Source: an uncultured Oscillospiraceae bacterium
GTDB taxonomy: Bacteria; Bacillota; Clostridia; Monoglobales; Monoglobaceae
Direction: 5' to 3'
DNA length: 64,000 nt
NCBI GenBank assembly: GCA_964617455.1
Contig: CAZTYF010000007.1
Coordinates: 24,980 to 88,979 of the forward strand
The notes below the pieces were generated by a model that was given only the letters and a program-made list of their open reading frames with translations, did no database searches and was not told the origin of the DNA. The translations under genes were made by a program, and so were the position numbers. Shown here in pieces: positions 35,295-46,091 of the stretch; position 1 is the first letter of the stretch, and each line of letters opens with the position of its first letter.

Positions 35295-37286
35295 ATGCAA
35301 CTGTTTCACAACTCTCACGACACAGCCTATCGCTTCCCTTTCGGAGCGGCACCTACCGACAGTTTTATCCGACTGGGAATTAAAATCAACTCGGACACAA
35401 AGCCCGACAGGGTTCGGGTACGGTTATGGGTGGATGACAATGAAGTCTTTTTTGAAATGAATCCCTCAAAACCTCAAACCGAGGAGCCCTTATATTTTCC
35501 GGATTTGACCATCTCTTCTGCGGATGACAACAGCATTATGTATACGGCAAATATTCCCACTCCGGAGACGGGGCAGCTCATGTGGTACTACTTTGTGATT
35601 GATGTGGGCGATGAGACCATATACTACACCAACAATCGGGAAAAATTGGGCGGTGTGGGACAGGTTGACACGGAGCCTCGGGACAACAGTTACCAGATAA
35701 CCGTATATGACAAAAACTACAAAACACCCGATTGGTTCAAGGGCAAAATTATGTACCAAATTTTCACCGACCGTTTTTTCGGTGACCACAGCGACACGGG
35801 AGGCACCATACCCAAAAAACGAAATGAGTACGTTATTCACAAGGATTGGTACGAACAGATTTCTTTCAATGCCCATCCCTATGAAATGGGGCCCGCCTGC
35901 AATGACTTCTACGGAGGAAACCTGAAAGGCATAATCGACAAGCTTGACTATTTGAAAAGCTTGGGCGTGGGGGTTATATATTTAAATCCCATATTTGACG
36001 CCTATTCGAATCATAAATACGACACTGCGGATTATATGAATGTTGACCCTATGTTCGGCACCAACGAGACCTTTTCCTATCTGTGCGAGGAGGCCGAAAA
36101 GCGGGGCATACGGATTATATTGGACGGTGTGTTCAGCCACACGGGTTCCGACAGCGTATATTTCAACAAGTACGGCAACTACGGTAGTGATACGGGAGCC
36201 TACAGAAACCCCAACAGCCCCTACAGGGAGTGGTACAGCTTCACAAACTTTCCCAACTATGAAAGCTGGTGGGGCTGCAGCAATTTGCCCAATGTGAAAG
36301 AAATGACTCCCTCCTATCTTGACTATATCATCAGAGGCGACGATTCGGTTGCCAAAACCTGGCTGAAACGGGGAGCGTCCGGATGGCGCCTTGATGTGGC
36401 CGATGAGCTGCCCGACGAATTCATAAAAATCTTTCGCCGGGAAACAAAAAAACAAAACAAGGACGCCGTAATCATCGGCGAGGTTTGGGAGGATGCATCA
36501 AATAAAATCTCCTATGACAAAAAACGGGAATATCTGTTTGGAGACGAATTGGATTCTGTGATGAACTATCCCTTCAAGGACAATATGCTCGCCTTTGTTA
36601 TGGGCAACATCGATGCGGAAGTCCTGAATGCAAGGATGATGTCCATATTCGAAAACTATCCCAAAGAAACCGTCCACGCCCTGATGAACATTGTGGGCAC
36701 CCATGACACCATGAGGGTGAAAACCCTCTTGGGAGGTCTGTCCCATGACTGCGGAACCCGCAAACTCAGCTCCTCCGATGAGGAACTCGCAACCCGCCGT
36801 TTGAAAATTCTGTCATTTATCCAAATGACCTATGTGGGAGTTCCCTGCATATACTACGGCGACGAAGTGGGCATGCAGGGGGGAGGGGACCCCTTTAACC
36901 GAGGCACCTATCCCTGGAGAGCCGTTGACCCGGAACTTCGGGAATGGTACTCCGATTTGGGAACATTGAGAAACAGTTTGGACTGTTTGAAAACGGGCAG
37001 ATACAAGGCTCTGTACGCCTCGGGAGATGTTTATATCTATGCAAGATATATCTCGGACGGCAAGGACTCCTTCGGGAAAAAAGCCAAAGAGAGTGTTGCG
37101 ATATGCGGCGTGAACAGAAGTTTCGGCCGCAAGCGGGTTGACTTGGACCTGTCCGTCATCGGCGACTTTACCTACTTTGCCGGAGGAATCAAGGACCCCG
37201 ACATAGTCCCTTGCCGGAACAACACTTTGGAGGTGAATTTGGAACCCCTGAGCTGCGAAATTTATATAAACTCCGACGAGGTATAA
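35295..37286 (+). CDS. GH13 alpha-amylase family enzyme (neopullulanase/cyclomaltodextrinase-like, cytoplasmic)
   Basis: All four GH13 regions are present: DGVFSHT, GWRLDVADEL, IIGEVWE and NIVGTHD. There is an N-terminal extra domain and no signal peptide. GGAGGA lies upstream of ATG 35295. Confidence 0.9.
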   Translation: MQLFHNSHDTAYRFPFGAAPTDSFIRLGIKINSDTKPDRVRVRLWVDDNEVFFEMNPSKPQTEEPLYFPDLTISSADDNSIMYTANIPTPETGQLMWYYFVIDVGDETIYYTNNREKLGGVGQVDTEPRDNSYQITVYDKNYKTPDWFKGKIMYQIFTDRFFGDHSDTGGTIPKKRNEYVIHKDWYEQISFNAHPYEMGPACNDFYGGNLKGIIDKLDYLKSLGVGVIYLNPIFDAYSNHKYDTADYMNVDPMFGTNETFSYLCEEAEKRGIRIILDGVFSHTGSDSVYFNKYGNYGSDTGAYRNPNSPYREWYSFTNFPNYESWWGCSNLPNVKEMTPSYLDYIIRGDDSVAKTWLKRGASGWRLDVADELPDEFIKIFRRETKKQNKDAVIIGEVWEDASNKISYDKKREYLFGDELDSVMNYPFKDNMLAFVMGNIDAEVLNARMMSIFENYPKETVHALMNIVGTHDTMRVKTLLGGLSHDCGTRKLSSSDEELATRRLKILSFIQMTYVGVPCIYYGDEVGMQGGGDPFNRGTYPWRAVDPELREWYSDLGTLRNSLDCLKTGRYKALYASGDVYIYARYISDGKDSFGKKAKESVAICGVNRSFGRKRVDLDLSVIGDFTYFAGGIKDPDIVPCRNNTLEVNLEPLSCEIYINSDEV

Positions 37287-37292
37287 AAATAT

Positions 37293-37328
37293 AAGGGATT
37301 TTGGATACGACCCAAAATCCCTTTTCCT
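37293..37328. terminator. bidirectional terminator between the convergent amylase and carboxypeptidase genes
   Basis: 12-bp stem AAGGGATTTTGG/CCAAAATCCCTT followed by TTCCTTT. Confidence 0.7.
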
Positions 37329-37350
37329 TTGTGGTTTAATTTCAAGAATT

Positions 37351-38718
37351 TCAATTCCTTGTGACAACAACCGTCAAGTTGTATTTTTCGTTCCATACAA
37401 CCGAACCCATATGCCAGAGCTCATCTATGGATATTGCGCCTCTGCCGTTTATATCAAAGGTGCTTTGCGCATAGACACCCGGATCGTCGGGTCCGTTCTT
37501 TAGGAGAACTTTTGCCGCCTCCCAATCGCTGAGCTCCAACTTCTCGTTTTCTCCGTAAGTATATTGTTCTCCGTAGTTGGGGCCTGCGGTCAAATCCTTA
37601 TCTACATTGTTGACAAGGGTGGCGGTGTCCGTGGCCAAATCATAGGACACATCAAAACCGTAATCCTTCAAATCATCAAGCATAACCACGGCGCAGTCCT
37701 TATATCCGTTTTGAGCGTTTCCGTAGTGGATGAAAACGGGAATTTCCCAATCGTTTATAAAGCATCTCAAATCGGTGGCAACTATATAATCTTTGGGTTT
37801 GTTTTCTGGTGCGGGCTCCCGATATTGTCCTGCACCTCTTTGGGCCAAAACATCCCAGGAATAGTCCATCATTTTTATGGTGTCAACATATCTCATATTG
37901 GTGGAGTTCGAACCCATAACAACGGAAATGAGCCTCTTTCCGTCCCTTGAGGCGGTTCCCGTAAAACAGCAGCCTGCCGCAGAGGTCGTTCCGGTCTTGA
38001 GTCCGTCGGTGCCATAGTACTCATAGGCTCCTCCGGGCAGCATCTTGTTTGTGGGATAGTAGTTTGTGCCTCTGAAATTGACGGATTTTAGGGAGGTGTA
38101 GTTGAGTATATCCGGATAGTCCGTTATGAGACGATTGGCCACTGTGGCCATGCCTCGCGGAGAAATCCTGTTACTGTTTGAAATTCCCGTACAATCCACA
38201 AAATATCCGTTGACTCCCCAGCTTGAAATCAAGCTGTTCATCTCATTTACAAACCCTGCCTCGCTGCCGCATATGTAATCTCCCACCGCCATAATCGCCG
38301 CATTGGCGGAAACCACACAGATGGCCCCCAACAGCTCATTAAGGGTGTAGCTCTCGCCGGCGGTCAAATACACATTGGAATACCCCGGGTCTCTCGAAAA
38401 TGCCGCAAGGGCACTGCCCACAGGAATCAAAGTGTCCTTGCTCAAAGTGCCGTTTGCAATATGATTGTATATAACATAAAGGGCGACGATCTTCGTCATG
38501 CTGGCAGGCACAACCGCCGTGTCGGCGTTATATTCAAAAAGCGCCTCTCCCGTGGACTGGTCCAGAACAATGCCGCCCTTGGCGGAAATGCTCACGGCAT
38601 ATGCGGACATGGAGCCTAATAATATGGCCGCCGAGACGACAATCGCCGCTACTGACCCAAACAGACGTCTTTTCGGTGTCTTTCGGGACGTTGTTTTATA
38701 ATCCAATGTTACAAACAC
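37351..38718 (-). CDS. dacB: D-alanyl-D-alanine carboxypeptidase (peptidase S11, PBP5-like) with extra C-terminal domain
   Basis: N-terminal membrane/signal segment. SxxK (ASMTK), SxN (SANAA) and KTG (LKTGTT) motifs are present. The start codon is uncertain. Confidence 0.85.
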   Translation of the reverse strand: MFVTLDYKTTSRKTPKRRLFGSVAAIVVSAAILLGSMSAYAVSISAKGGIVLDQSTGEALFEYNADTAVVPASMTKIVALYVIYNHIANGTLSKDTLIPVGSALAAFSRDPGYSNVYLTAGESYTLNELLGAICVVSANAAIMAVGDYICGSEAGFVNEMNSLISSWGVNGYFVDCTGISNSNRISPRGMATVANRLITDYPDILNYTSLKSVNFRGTNYYPTNKMLPGGAYEYYGTDGLKTGTTSAAGCCFTGTASRDGKRLISVVMGSNSTNMRYVDTIKMMDYSWDVLAQRGAGQYREPAPENKPKDYIVATDLRCFINDWEIPVFIHYGNAQNGYKDCAVVMLDDLKDYGFDVSYDLATDTATLVNNVDKDLTAGPNYGEQYTYGENEKLELSDWEAAKVLLKNGPDDPGVYAQSTFDINGRGAISIDELWHMGSVVWNEKYNLTVVVTRN

Positions 38719-38892
38719 TCCTTAGATTTGTAATATTTATGTAACACAATTGTAACATAACGGTGTTTATTATACAACGGATTTTTGTTTTTGTCAAGGG
38801 GCGGGAAAAAGCTTTGCGGCCTTCCTTGGAGGCAAAGGGGCGAAAAAACTCTCATAATGCACAAATTTTTATATAAATCCGACAGAAACCGG

Positions 38893-38921
38893 TTGATTTT
38901 GCGGAAAAATAATGTTATAAT
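38893..38921 (+). promoter_or_regulatory. promoter upstream of the TerB-like ORF/rpiB
   Basis: TTGATT (38893-38898), 17-nt spacer, TATAAT (38916-38921). Confidence 0.55.
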
Positions 38922-38979
38922 TGCCTGTAGGATGATATGAATCTCAGAGCGGAAAATTTTTGGAAAGGCGGGGATTTTT

Positions 38980-39387
38980 GTGTATTTAAACAAACTTGAC
39001 AAAAAGCAGCAAGACCTGTTTTTGGACTTGTGTATACACGCTGCAATGACAAATGAAGAATTCGACAGGGAGGAGCGGGAAATCATCAACCGCTATTGCA
39101 GCGAGATGAATATTACCGAGCCCAGGTATGTGCCCAAAAAGGGATTTGACGAGGTGTGCGGAGAGCTTTGCGAGTGTTGCTCCCCGACGGAGATTAAAAT
39201 CGTTGTGTTTGAGACTGCGGCCCTTATGTTGTCGGACAATATCTATGACGAAAGCGAAAAACGTTTTATGCGCACGGTGGCCCGAAAACTCAGATTGGGT
39301 CGGGAGGACTATGACACAATAATCGAATATGTGGAGGAAGCGGCGGATATCTATGCAAAAGTCGGTAAATTCATCTTCGGCAGATAA
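38980..39387 (+). CDS. hypothetical protein, TerB/DjlA-N-like helical domain
   Basis: 135-aa acidic helical protein (QQDLFLDLCIHAAMTNEEFDREEREIINRY...EKRFMRTVARKL). GTG start. The family assignment is tentative. Confidence 0.5.
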   Translation: MYLNKLDKKQQDLFLDLCIHAAMTNEEFDREEREIINRYCSEMNITEPRYVPKKGFDEVCGELCECCSPTEIKIVVFETAALMLSDNIYDESEKRFMRTVARKLRLGREDYDTIIEYVEEAADIYAKVGKFIFGR

Positions 39388-39444
39388 ATTTCACCGATTT
39401 CGCAGACCAAATGTCAGACAATCCTATTTCGGGAGGTATTATCT

Positions 39445-39885
39445 ATGATTGCTATTGGAAGTGACCACGGCGGAGTGGTTCTTAAGGAATCCATAAAAGA
39501 GTTTTTGAGACAGAACAAATACGAATTTAAAGACTTCGGCACAAAACCCGGAGAGCCCATGGATTATCCGGACATTGCCGAAACGGTGGCGAACAGCGTT
39601 GTTTCCGGAGAGTGCGACAAAGGAATTTTGGTTTGCGGCACCGGAATCGGAGTTTCCATTGCGGCGAACAAGGTCAAGGGCATCCGTGCCGCCCATGTGA
39701 CCGATGTGTTTTCGGCAAAAATGGCAAAAGAACATAACGATGCACAAATCATTTGTCTGGGTGAGAGAATAACCGGACCGGGCCTTGCCCTTGAAATTGT
39801 GAAAGCCTATCTTGAATCCGAACATTTGGGAGGTAGGCACAGCCGCAGAGTTGAAAAGATAATGGCAATAGAAAACCGGCAGTAA
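39445..39885 (+). CDS. rpiB: ribose-5-phosphate isomerase B
   Basis: MIAIGSDHGG...GILVCGTGIGVSIAANK...HNDAQIICLGER...GGRHSRRV is canonical RpiB/LacAB. Confidence 0.95.
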   Translation: MIAIGSDHGGVVLKESIKEFLRQNKYEFKDFGTKPGEPMDYPDIAETVANSVVSGECDKGILVCGTGIGVSIAANKVKGIRAAHVTDVFSAKMAKEHNDAQIICLGERITGPGLALEIVKAYLESEHLGGRHSRRVEKIMAIENRQ

Positions 39886-39888
39886 ACC

Positions 39889-39923
39889 CGTTAGGACGGA
39901 ATTTCCGCCCTAACGTTCTTTTT
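39889..39923. terminator. bidirectional terminator between rpiB and guaB
   Basis: CGTTAGGACGGAATTTCCGCCCTAACG hairpin followed by TTCTTTTT. Confidence 0.7.
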
Positions 39924-39925
39924 AT

Positions 39926-41431
39926 TTATTCATGGTTCACATTATCCTTTAACACCACATCGTGGGCGCCGCCCTCTATTATGGAAACGCTGCTGACAAG
40001 GGTCAGTTTGGCTTTTTTCTGAAATTCGGGAATGCTGAGAGCGCCGCAGTTGCACATGGTGGAGCGGATTTTGCTCAATGTGGTTATCATATTGTCATGG
40101 AGAGAGCCGGCGTAGGGAACGTAGCAGTCGACTCCTTCAACGAAGGACAATTTTTTGTCGCCTCCTAGGTCATACCGCTGCCAATTTCTTGCACGGGCAC
40201 TGCCCTCTCCCCAATATTCCTTCATATAGTTGCCGTTGACCATAACCTTGTTGGTGGGACTTTCGTCAAATCTTGCGAAATATCTGCCCAACATACAAAA
40301 ATCGCAACCCATGGCAAGAGCCAATGTGATATGGTGATCCAAAACAATCCCGCCGTCGGAACAAATCGGAACATAAATTCCCGTCTCTTTGAAATATTCG
40401 TCTCTTGCGGCGGCGACTTCGATAACCGCGGTGGCCTGGCCTCTTCCGATGCCTTTGGTCTCTCGGGTGATACAGATGCTGCCTCCGCCGATTCCCACTT
40501 TCACAAAATCAGCTCCCGCATCTGCCAAAAATCTGAACCCGTCTCTGTCCACCACATTGCCGGCACCTACTTTTACACTGTCCCCGTAGGTTTTTCTTAT
40601 GTAATCAAGAGTGATTTTCTGCCACTCGGTGAACCCCTCGCTGGAATCTATGCACAACACATCCGCTCCCGCCTCCACAAGGGCGGGAACCCGTTCCTCA
40701 TAATCCCGAGTGTTTATGCCTGCGCCCACAATGTATCTCTTGTGGTTGTCCAGCAATTCCAAAGGATTTTCCTTGTGCTGCTCGTAATCCTTTCTGAAAA
40801 CAAAGGCCACCAGTCTGCCGCTGTCGTTGAGCACGGGCAGAGAGTTAAGCTTATGCTCCCACAGGATGTCGTTGGCCTGTTTTAGGGTAATGCCCTCACG
40901 GGCCGTAATCAATTTGTCAAGGGGAGTCATAAAATTTTTGACTTTTTCGTCCGGAGACATACGAGTCACTCTGTAGTCCCTGCCCGTTACGATTCCCACA
41001 AGCCGTCCGTTTTTGGTCCCGTCTTCCGTGACGGCAATGGTATCATGGCCCCTCTCTTCTTTTAGGGCCACCACATCCGCCATGGTTTTTTCGGGCGAGA
41101 TGTTTGAATCGGACTCCACAAATCCTGCCTTGTATGCCTTGACCTTGCGAATCATGTTCGCCTGTTTTTCTATGGGCTGAGAGCCGAAAATAAAGGATAT
41201 TCCTCCCTCTTTGGCAAGACCGATTGCCATATCGACTCCGGACACCGATTGCATAATTGCCGATACAAGAGGCGTGTTCATGAACAGAGCCGGCTCTTCC
41301 TTCCCTTTTCGATATTTCACCAAAGGAGTTTTGAGAGACACATTGGCAGGTATGCAATTCGTATCGGAATACCCCGGAACAAGCAGATACTCACTGAAAG
41401 TGTGGGATGGTTCTTCATAGTAGTATGCCAT
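39926..41431 (-). CDS. guaB: IMP dehydrogenase family protein (with CBS pair)
   Basis: [38 protein letters not shown] (catalytic Cys loop) and [12 protein letters not shown]. The start is placed at MAYYYEEP. Confidence 0.88.
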   Translation of the reverse strand: MAYYYEEPSHTFSEYLLVPGYSDTNCIPANVSLKTPLVKYRKGKEEPALFMNTPLVSAIMQSVSGVDMAIGLAKEGGISFIFGSQPIEKQANMIRKVKAYKAGFVESDSNISPEKTMADVVALKEERGHDTIAVTEDGTKNGRLVGIVTGRDYRVTRMSPDEKVKNFMTPLDKLITAREGITLKQANDILWEHKLNSLPVLNDSGRLVAFVFRKDYEQHKENPLELLDNHKRYIVGAGINTRDYEERVPALVEAGADVLCIDSSEGFTEWQKITLDYIRKTYGDSVKVGAGNVVDRDGFRFLADAGADFVKVGIGGGSICITRETKGIGRGQATAVIEVAAARDEYFKETGIYVPICSDGGIVLDHHITLALAMGCDFCMLGRYFARFDESPTNKVMVNGNYMKEYWGEGSARARNWQRYDLGGDKKLSFVEGVDCYVPYAGSLHDNMITTLSKIRSTMCNCGALSIPEFQKKAKLTLVSSVSIIEGGAHDVVLKDNVNHE

Positions 41432-41807
41432 AAAATTCCTCCTTGCGGTTTTATACATTTTGTCTTAATTTATTGTTTAAAATTTTAACACAGATTAACT
41501 TAAATGTCAAAGATTTCTTGGATATATTTTTTTCGGGGATAATTCATAAAAATATATAGTTTCAGTAGGAAAAAATCACAAATTTTGTATATTTTTACAA
41601 ATTTTCAAAAATGGTAAAATAATTGTGGAATTTTTTTGGGAGATGTAGTAAAATGTTAGGGCAAGGTGGAGGATGGGGCCCAATCCTCCGAAGAACGGAA
41701 CTTTAGGCTTTTGAAAGGTCGATTTTTTTCGGTGTGTTGTATTGATTTCGAAAAAGAAAATAAAATAAATAATCTAACATAATAATCTAATGATAGGAGG
41801 AGAAACC

Positions 41808-42086
41808 ATGAATAAGCAAGAGTTACTTTCGGCTATTTCCGAAAAATCGGGATTGACAAAAAAAGATTCCGAAGCAGCATTGACAGCTTTTATTGAGACA
41901 GTTCAGGAATCTTTGAAAAAGGGCGATAAGGTTCAGCTTATCGGCTTTGGCAGCTTCGAAGTCAGAGAAAGAGCCGCAAGGTCGGGCAAGAACCCTCTCA
42001 CGGGAGAGCCCATGGACATTCCTGCGGCAAAAGTTCCCGCATTCAAGGCAGGCCGTGCCCTCAAAGATTTAGTAAATAATAAATAA
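41808..42086 (+). CDS. hup: DNA-binding protein HU
   Basis: AGGAGG ribosome-binding site. [32 protein letters not shown]...[35 protein letters not shown]. Confidence 0.95.
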   Translation: MNKQELLSAISEKSGLTKKDSEAALTAFIETVQESLKKGDKVQLIGFGSFEVRERAARSGKNPLTGEPMDIPAAKVPAFKAGRALKDLVNNK

Positions 42087-42100
42087 GCATTTTTATGCGG

Positions 42101-42128
42101 CGCAGCTCCTCGGAGCTGCGATTTTTTT
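42101..42128 (+). terminator. hup terminator
   Basis: CGCAGCTC-CTCG-GAGCTGCG followed by ATTTTTTT. Confidence 0.75.
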
Positions 42129-42149
42129 GTAACAACTTTCCGTAACATC

Positions 42150-42178
42150 TTTACAAAAAGGGAAAATCAAAGTATAAT
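42150..42178 (+). promoter_or_regulatory. promoter upstream of HAD hydrolase/addB
   Basis: TTTACA (42150-42155), 17-nt spacer, TATAAT (42173-42178). Confidence 0.6.
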
Positions 42179-42214
42179 ATAAGAAAGAATTAAATCAATC
42201 TCGGGGTTTCTGAA

Positions 42215-42859
42215 ATGAACTATGTTATTTTTGATATGGACGGAGTTATAGCAGACTCGGAACCCGTCATTATGAAAGCAGCTTTGACTTCCCTAAGAAG
42301 CGGCGGTATTTCGGCAACTTATGAGGATTTTAAGGAATTCATCGGCGCCGGGGAAGAAAATTTTATCATCTCTCCCTGCAAGCGGGCGGGACGGGAGGAT
42401 ATGATTGAGCCTTTGACGGAGAGGATGCTCTCCGAGTTTGAAAAATCCGCGGCAGACATAAAGGTTTTTCCCTCCGCAAAACCCCTTATTGAGGAATTGA
42501 AAAAACTCGGCAAAACTCTCGCCTTGGTGAGCAGCTCCGTGAGGAGAAAACTCAACGCCTCTCTGAAATCGGCCAAAATCGATCCCGATGTCTTTGATGT
42601 AATTCTCTCCGGCTCGGATGTGACGGAGAAAAAACCCTCTCCCCGTCCCTATTTGGCGGCAGCGGAAAGATTGGGCGCCAAACCAAAGGACTGCCTTGTG
42701 ATTGAGGATGCCATAAACGGTATCTTGTCCGCCAAATCGGCAGGGATGAAATGCGTGGCCGTGACGACATCTTTTAAAAAAGAGGATCTCATTGCCGCGA
42801 ATCCCGATTTTATAACGGATGATTTAATAGACGTCATTGATATAATCCAAAAAATTTAA
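42215..42859 (+). CDS. HAD-superfamily hydrolase (beta-phosphoglucomutase/phosphatase-like)
   Basis: Motif I VIFDMDGVIADSE, motif II VSSS, and K...EDAINGILSAKSAGM (motifs III/IV). Confidence 0.85.
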   Translation: MNYVIFDMDGVIADSEPVIMKAALTSLRSGGISATYEDFKEFIGAGEENFIISPCKRAGREDMIEPLTERMLSEFEKSAADIKVFPSAKPLIEELKKLGKTLALVSSSVRRKLNASLKSAKIDPDVFDVILSGSDVTEKKPSPRPYLAAAERLGAKPKDCLVIEDAINGILSAKSAGMKCVAVTTSFKKEDLIAANPDFITDDLIDVIDIIQKI

Positions 42860-42892
42860 CCATTAAAGTTATATATTGTTTAGGAGAAGACT

Positions 42893-45800
42893 ATGTTTTG
42901 TGCTGTTTACGGAACCGCAGAATTCGACAGTGAGAAATACCTGCTTGGTGCGCTGGAAGAGAACATAAATAACAATATCAAATCCTACATATTGGTGCCC
43001 GAGCAGATTTCGGTGTATACCGAGAGGAAAATCATCGGCACCCTGGGTGTTTCCGCTCAAAAGAATGCGGAAGTTTTGACTTTCTCCCGCTTATCGAACA
43101 GAGTGATGGGAGAGCGGGGACCTTTGAGGATGAACTACATAGACGGTGCCTGCAAGGAAATATTGGCGGTAAAAGCTCTCCGTCAAATCGAAAAAAACCT
43201 TGACTATTTTCGCCCCAATGTGCACCAGCCGGGATTTTCGAAGCTGATGGCGGGACTTGTATCGGAATTCAAAAGATACGGTCACACCCCCGACTCCCTT
43301 TTGGCTGCCGCAAAAGAAATCGAAGGCAAAGAGGGAGGGGAAGAACTTTCCCGAAAACTCAAAGATTTGGCCTTATTTTATGAAGAATTCGACAAACTTA
43401 TTAATCAAAGCGGCTCGGACGCGGAAGACAATTCGTCCATAATTTTGCCCAAAATCAAAGACTGCGCTTTTCCGAAAAACGCCCATATGTTTGTTATGAA
43501 TTTTCGCAGTTTTACTCCCTTGGAAAGGGATATACTGACGGAGCTTCTCAAAAAAACAGCGGAATTCAGACTGATTCTCTGTTGTGACAATCCGGAGAGG
43601 CCGTCGGGTTTATTCAAAAACACCGGGGAGGCTTACCAAAGTCTGAAAAAAGCTGCGGAAGATTCGGGTACTCCCGTGGGAGAGCCGATTCCCATAAAAA
43701 TAAAAAGAGATCTCTCCCCGGACATTGAACATATAATAAAAAACTACTTCCTCCCCCGACCCCAAAAATATCAAAGAACTCCCGGCCACATTCATTTTGT
43801 TCGTCCGGACAATACCTTTGAGGAAATGGTAACCGCTGCAGAGACAATCCACAGACTCTGCCGAGAAAAAGGCTACAGGCAGAAGGACTTTTTGATTTTG
43901 GCAAGGAATCCGGAAGAATACACCAGAATGATGCCCCATATTTTTGAAAAGTGGGGAATAAACGTCTTCCTTGACAACCGGCGGAGTTTGACTCAAAACC
44001 CGTTTTTGCTCTATCTGTCATCGGTTTTGGATATACTTGTATCGGGATTTTCCTACGAGCGTGTAATGGGAATGGTAAAAAGCGGCTTTTGTCCCGACCT
44101 TACCGCAGAGGAGAGAGACATTTTCGAAAACTATCTCTTGGCGGCCTGTCCCGGAAAATCCGTATGGAACTCGGAGGATGACTGGACCTATAACCCGAAC
44201 GAAACGGAATATGACATGGAAGTCATAAACAGAGTTAAAACCAAGGTGCTGCATCCGGTTATCGATATCAAAAAATCCATAACCGGCAGAAAAACCGCAG
44301 GGGAAATTGCGGAGGCTCTGTTCAGATTTATGGAAGAACAAAACAATGCCGAAACAATGCAAAACAAATGTATGGAATTTTCCCAAAATGGGATGGTTTA
44401 TCTTTCGGAGGAATATCGAAGGGCTTGGAACTGTGTTGTGTCTGTTTTGGCGGAAATACGAGATGTAATGGGGGACACTCCCATAACCTATGAAAAGTTT
44501 CAGGATCTCTTCATATCTGCGGCAAAAGTAATCAAAATCGGCGTCTCCCCCCAAACCGTGGACGGTACCATGTTGAGCAGAATCGATATGTTTAGAAGTT
44601 CCGACGTAAAAATAGCTATCGTTCTGGGTATGACGGATGGTGTTTTCCCAAAAAGCCACAGCACGGAGGGCTTGATTTCGGACGGAGAAAGGCTCCTTCT
44701 GAGGCAAGTGGGCCTGCCCTTGGCAATGACTGCATCGGAGCGCTCAATAGATGAAAATATGCTGATATACAATGTATTGTCTGCGGCCTCGGACGAGATT
44801 TTCTTCTTCTCACCTTTGTCTTCCGGCAGTGAACCTTTGACTCCCTCGCCCATAGTGACAAAACTTAAAAAATATATTTTAAACACGAAAGATGAGCCTC
44901 CCCGCAGAAAAATCCCGGAAACGAAAGATGAGGCACTGAGCCTTTTGAAATCAAAGCTCGCCGCAAACGAACGGGACAGAGACTTGAAAACGTTGAACAA
45001 AATTTTCGAAAACGACAAAAGTCTCGAAAAGTTTCAAATTCGTCTGAAAAATGCCGAACGGGGATATGACATTCTTTCGAAAGAGTCCGTGGACAAACTA
45101 TACGGACGGGAACTTTTGCTGAGTGCCTCAAGGCTTGAAAGATTCAATGAATGTGCTTTTAAATATTTTATGCGCTACGGCTTGGTGGCCTTGCCAAGAG
45201 ATGTGGCCCAATTCGATCCCTTAAGCATGGGTAATATTCTTCATGGCACTCTCGAAAAATATTTTTCCAAAAAGAGGGATTTCGGTGCCGTGACAAAAGA
45301 AGAGTGCCAAAACGAAATTAATGAAATCGTGAATACCCTTGCATCGGACACGAAAGATATTATGTATAAAAGTTCGGCATATTATAAATATTTAATATCC
45401 CGTATGAGCGGCATTGCCTCCGTCACGGCCTGGGAAACCATAAAATTCTTTAAGGAATCGGAGTTCCGTCCCATAGGTTTTGAGGTAAAAATCGGGTCGG
45501 GCGGTGATGTGCCCCCAATCAAACTTCGAACAAAAAAGGGAAAAATAACGGTGGAGGGTTTTATTGACCGAGTGGACGGAGCAATAATAGACGATAAGAA
45601 ATACATAAGTATTGTCGATTACAAATCCTCGGAAACAAATCTCCTAAAACCCCTTGCGGATGCGGGAGTAAAATTCCAGCCCTTGGTGTATGCGAGGGCA
45701 ATTTGCAAAAGCGGGGAATTTGAGCCGGCGGCAATGTTTTATCAACAAATGAATGACCCGGTGGTTGACGGATCGGAAAATATTTCAAGCAGTGACTATG

Positions 45801-46087
45801 ACAAAAAAGTCCACGGCAAGGTCGCTCCTAAAGGCTGGATAATCGATGACCCGAAAGCTATGGAGGCCTTTGACAGGGCCCATACTTTTTTGGGCCCGAG
45901 GAGTTCTATTTCTCCCAATGAGATGAAAACAAGAATCGAAAACTCCGAGAGAAAAATTGCGGAAACGGCTGATAAAATATTTGACGGGGAGATATCCGTA
46001 AACCCCTACACAGAATATAAATACGACCCTTGCATGTTTTGCGACTACAGCGGAATTTGCAGGCAGGAACAGATAAGGGAGGAGTAG
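42893..46087 (+). CDS. addB: helicase-exonuclease AddAB subunit B-like protein (RexB-type, degenerate Walker A; PD-(D/E)XK nuclease with Fe-S cysteines)
   Basis: 1064 aa. C-terminal nuclease motif IVDYKSS. Cys at CAFKYF plus CMFCDYSGIC form the AddB-type 4Fe-4S ligand set. The N-terminus reads VYGTAEFDSEKY where GxxGxGKT is expected. Confidence 0.8.
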   Translation: MFCAVYGTAEFDSEKYLLGALEENINNNIKSYILVPEQISVYTERKIIGTLGVSAQKNAEVLTFSRLSNRVMGERGPLRMNYIDGACKEILAVKALRQIEKNLDYFRPNVHQPGFSKLMAGLVSEFKRYGHTPDSLLAAAKEIEGKEGGEELSRKLKDLALFYEEFDKLINQSGSDAEDNSSIILPKIKDCAFPKNAHMFVMNFRSFTPLERDILTELLKKTAEFRLILCCDNPERPSGLFKNTGEAYQSLKKAAEDSGTPVGEPIPIKIKRDLSPDIEHIIKNYFLPRPQKYQRTPGHIHFVRPDNTFEEMVTAAETIHRLCREKGYRQKDFLILARNPEEYTRMMPHIFEKWGINVFLDNRRSLTQNPFLLYLSSVLDILVSGFSYERVMGMVKSGFCPDLTAEERDIFENYLLAACPGKSVWNSEDDWTYNPNETEYDMEVINRVKTKVLHPVIDIKKSITGRKTAGEIAEALFRFMEEQNNAETMQNKCMEFSQNGMVYLSEEYRRAWNCVVSVLAEIRDVMGDTPITYEKFQDLFISAAKVIKIGVSPQTVDGTMLSRIDMFRSSDVKIAIVLGMTDGVFPKSHSTEGLISDGERLLLRQVGLPLAMTASERSIDENMLIYNVLSAASDEIFFFSPLSSGSEPLTPSPIVTKLKKYILNTKDEPPRRKIPETKDEALSLLKSKLAANERDRDLKTLNKIFENDKSLEKFQIRLKNAERGYDILSKESVDKLYGRELLLSASRLERFNECAFKYFMRYGLVALPRDVAQFDPLSMGNILHGTLEKYFSKKRDFGAVTKEECQNEINEIVNTLASDTKDIMYKSSAYYKYLISRMSGIASVTAWETIKFFKESEFRPIGFEVKIGSGGDVPPIKLRTKKGKITVEGFIDRVDGAIIDDKKYISIVDYKSSETNLLKPLADAGVKFQPLVYARAICKSGEFEPAAMFYQQMNDPVVDGSENISSSDYDKKVHGKVAPKGWIIDDPKAMEAFDRAHTFLGPRSSISPNEMKTRIENSERKIAETADKIFDGEISVNPYTEYKYDPCMFCDYSGICRQEQIREE

Positions 46088-46091
46088 ATCA

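Noticed and set aside
38709-39089. A 126-aa minus-strand ORF spanning the dacB / TerB-like intergenic region.
   Set aside because: It crosses a good + strand promoter and the 5' end of the + strand gene. It has no RBS and an implausible composition.
41432-41807. Looked for a purine/guanine riboswitch upstream of guaB (minus strand) and for structured elements upstream of hup.
   Set aside because: No match to the purine aptamer core (conserved three-way junction with U/C discrimination). Only an isolated GGAGGAT...ATCCTCC hairpin (41668-41689) lies in the probable hup 5' UTR, which I could not tie to a function.
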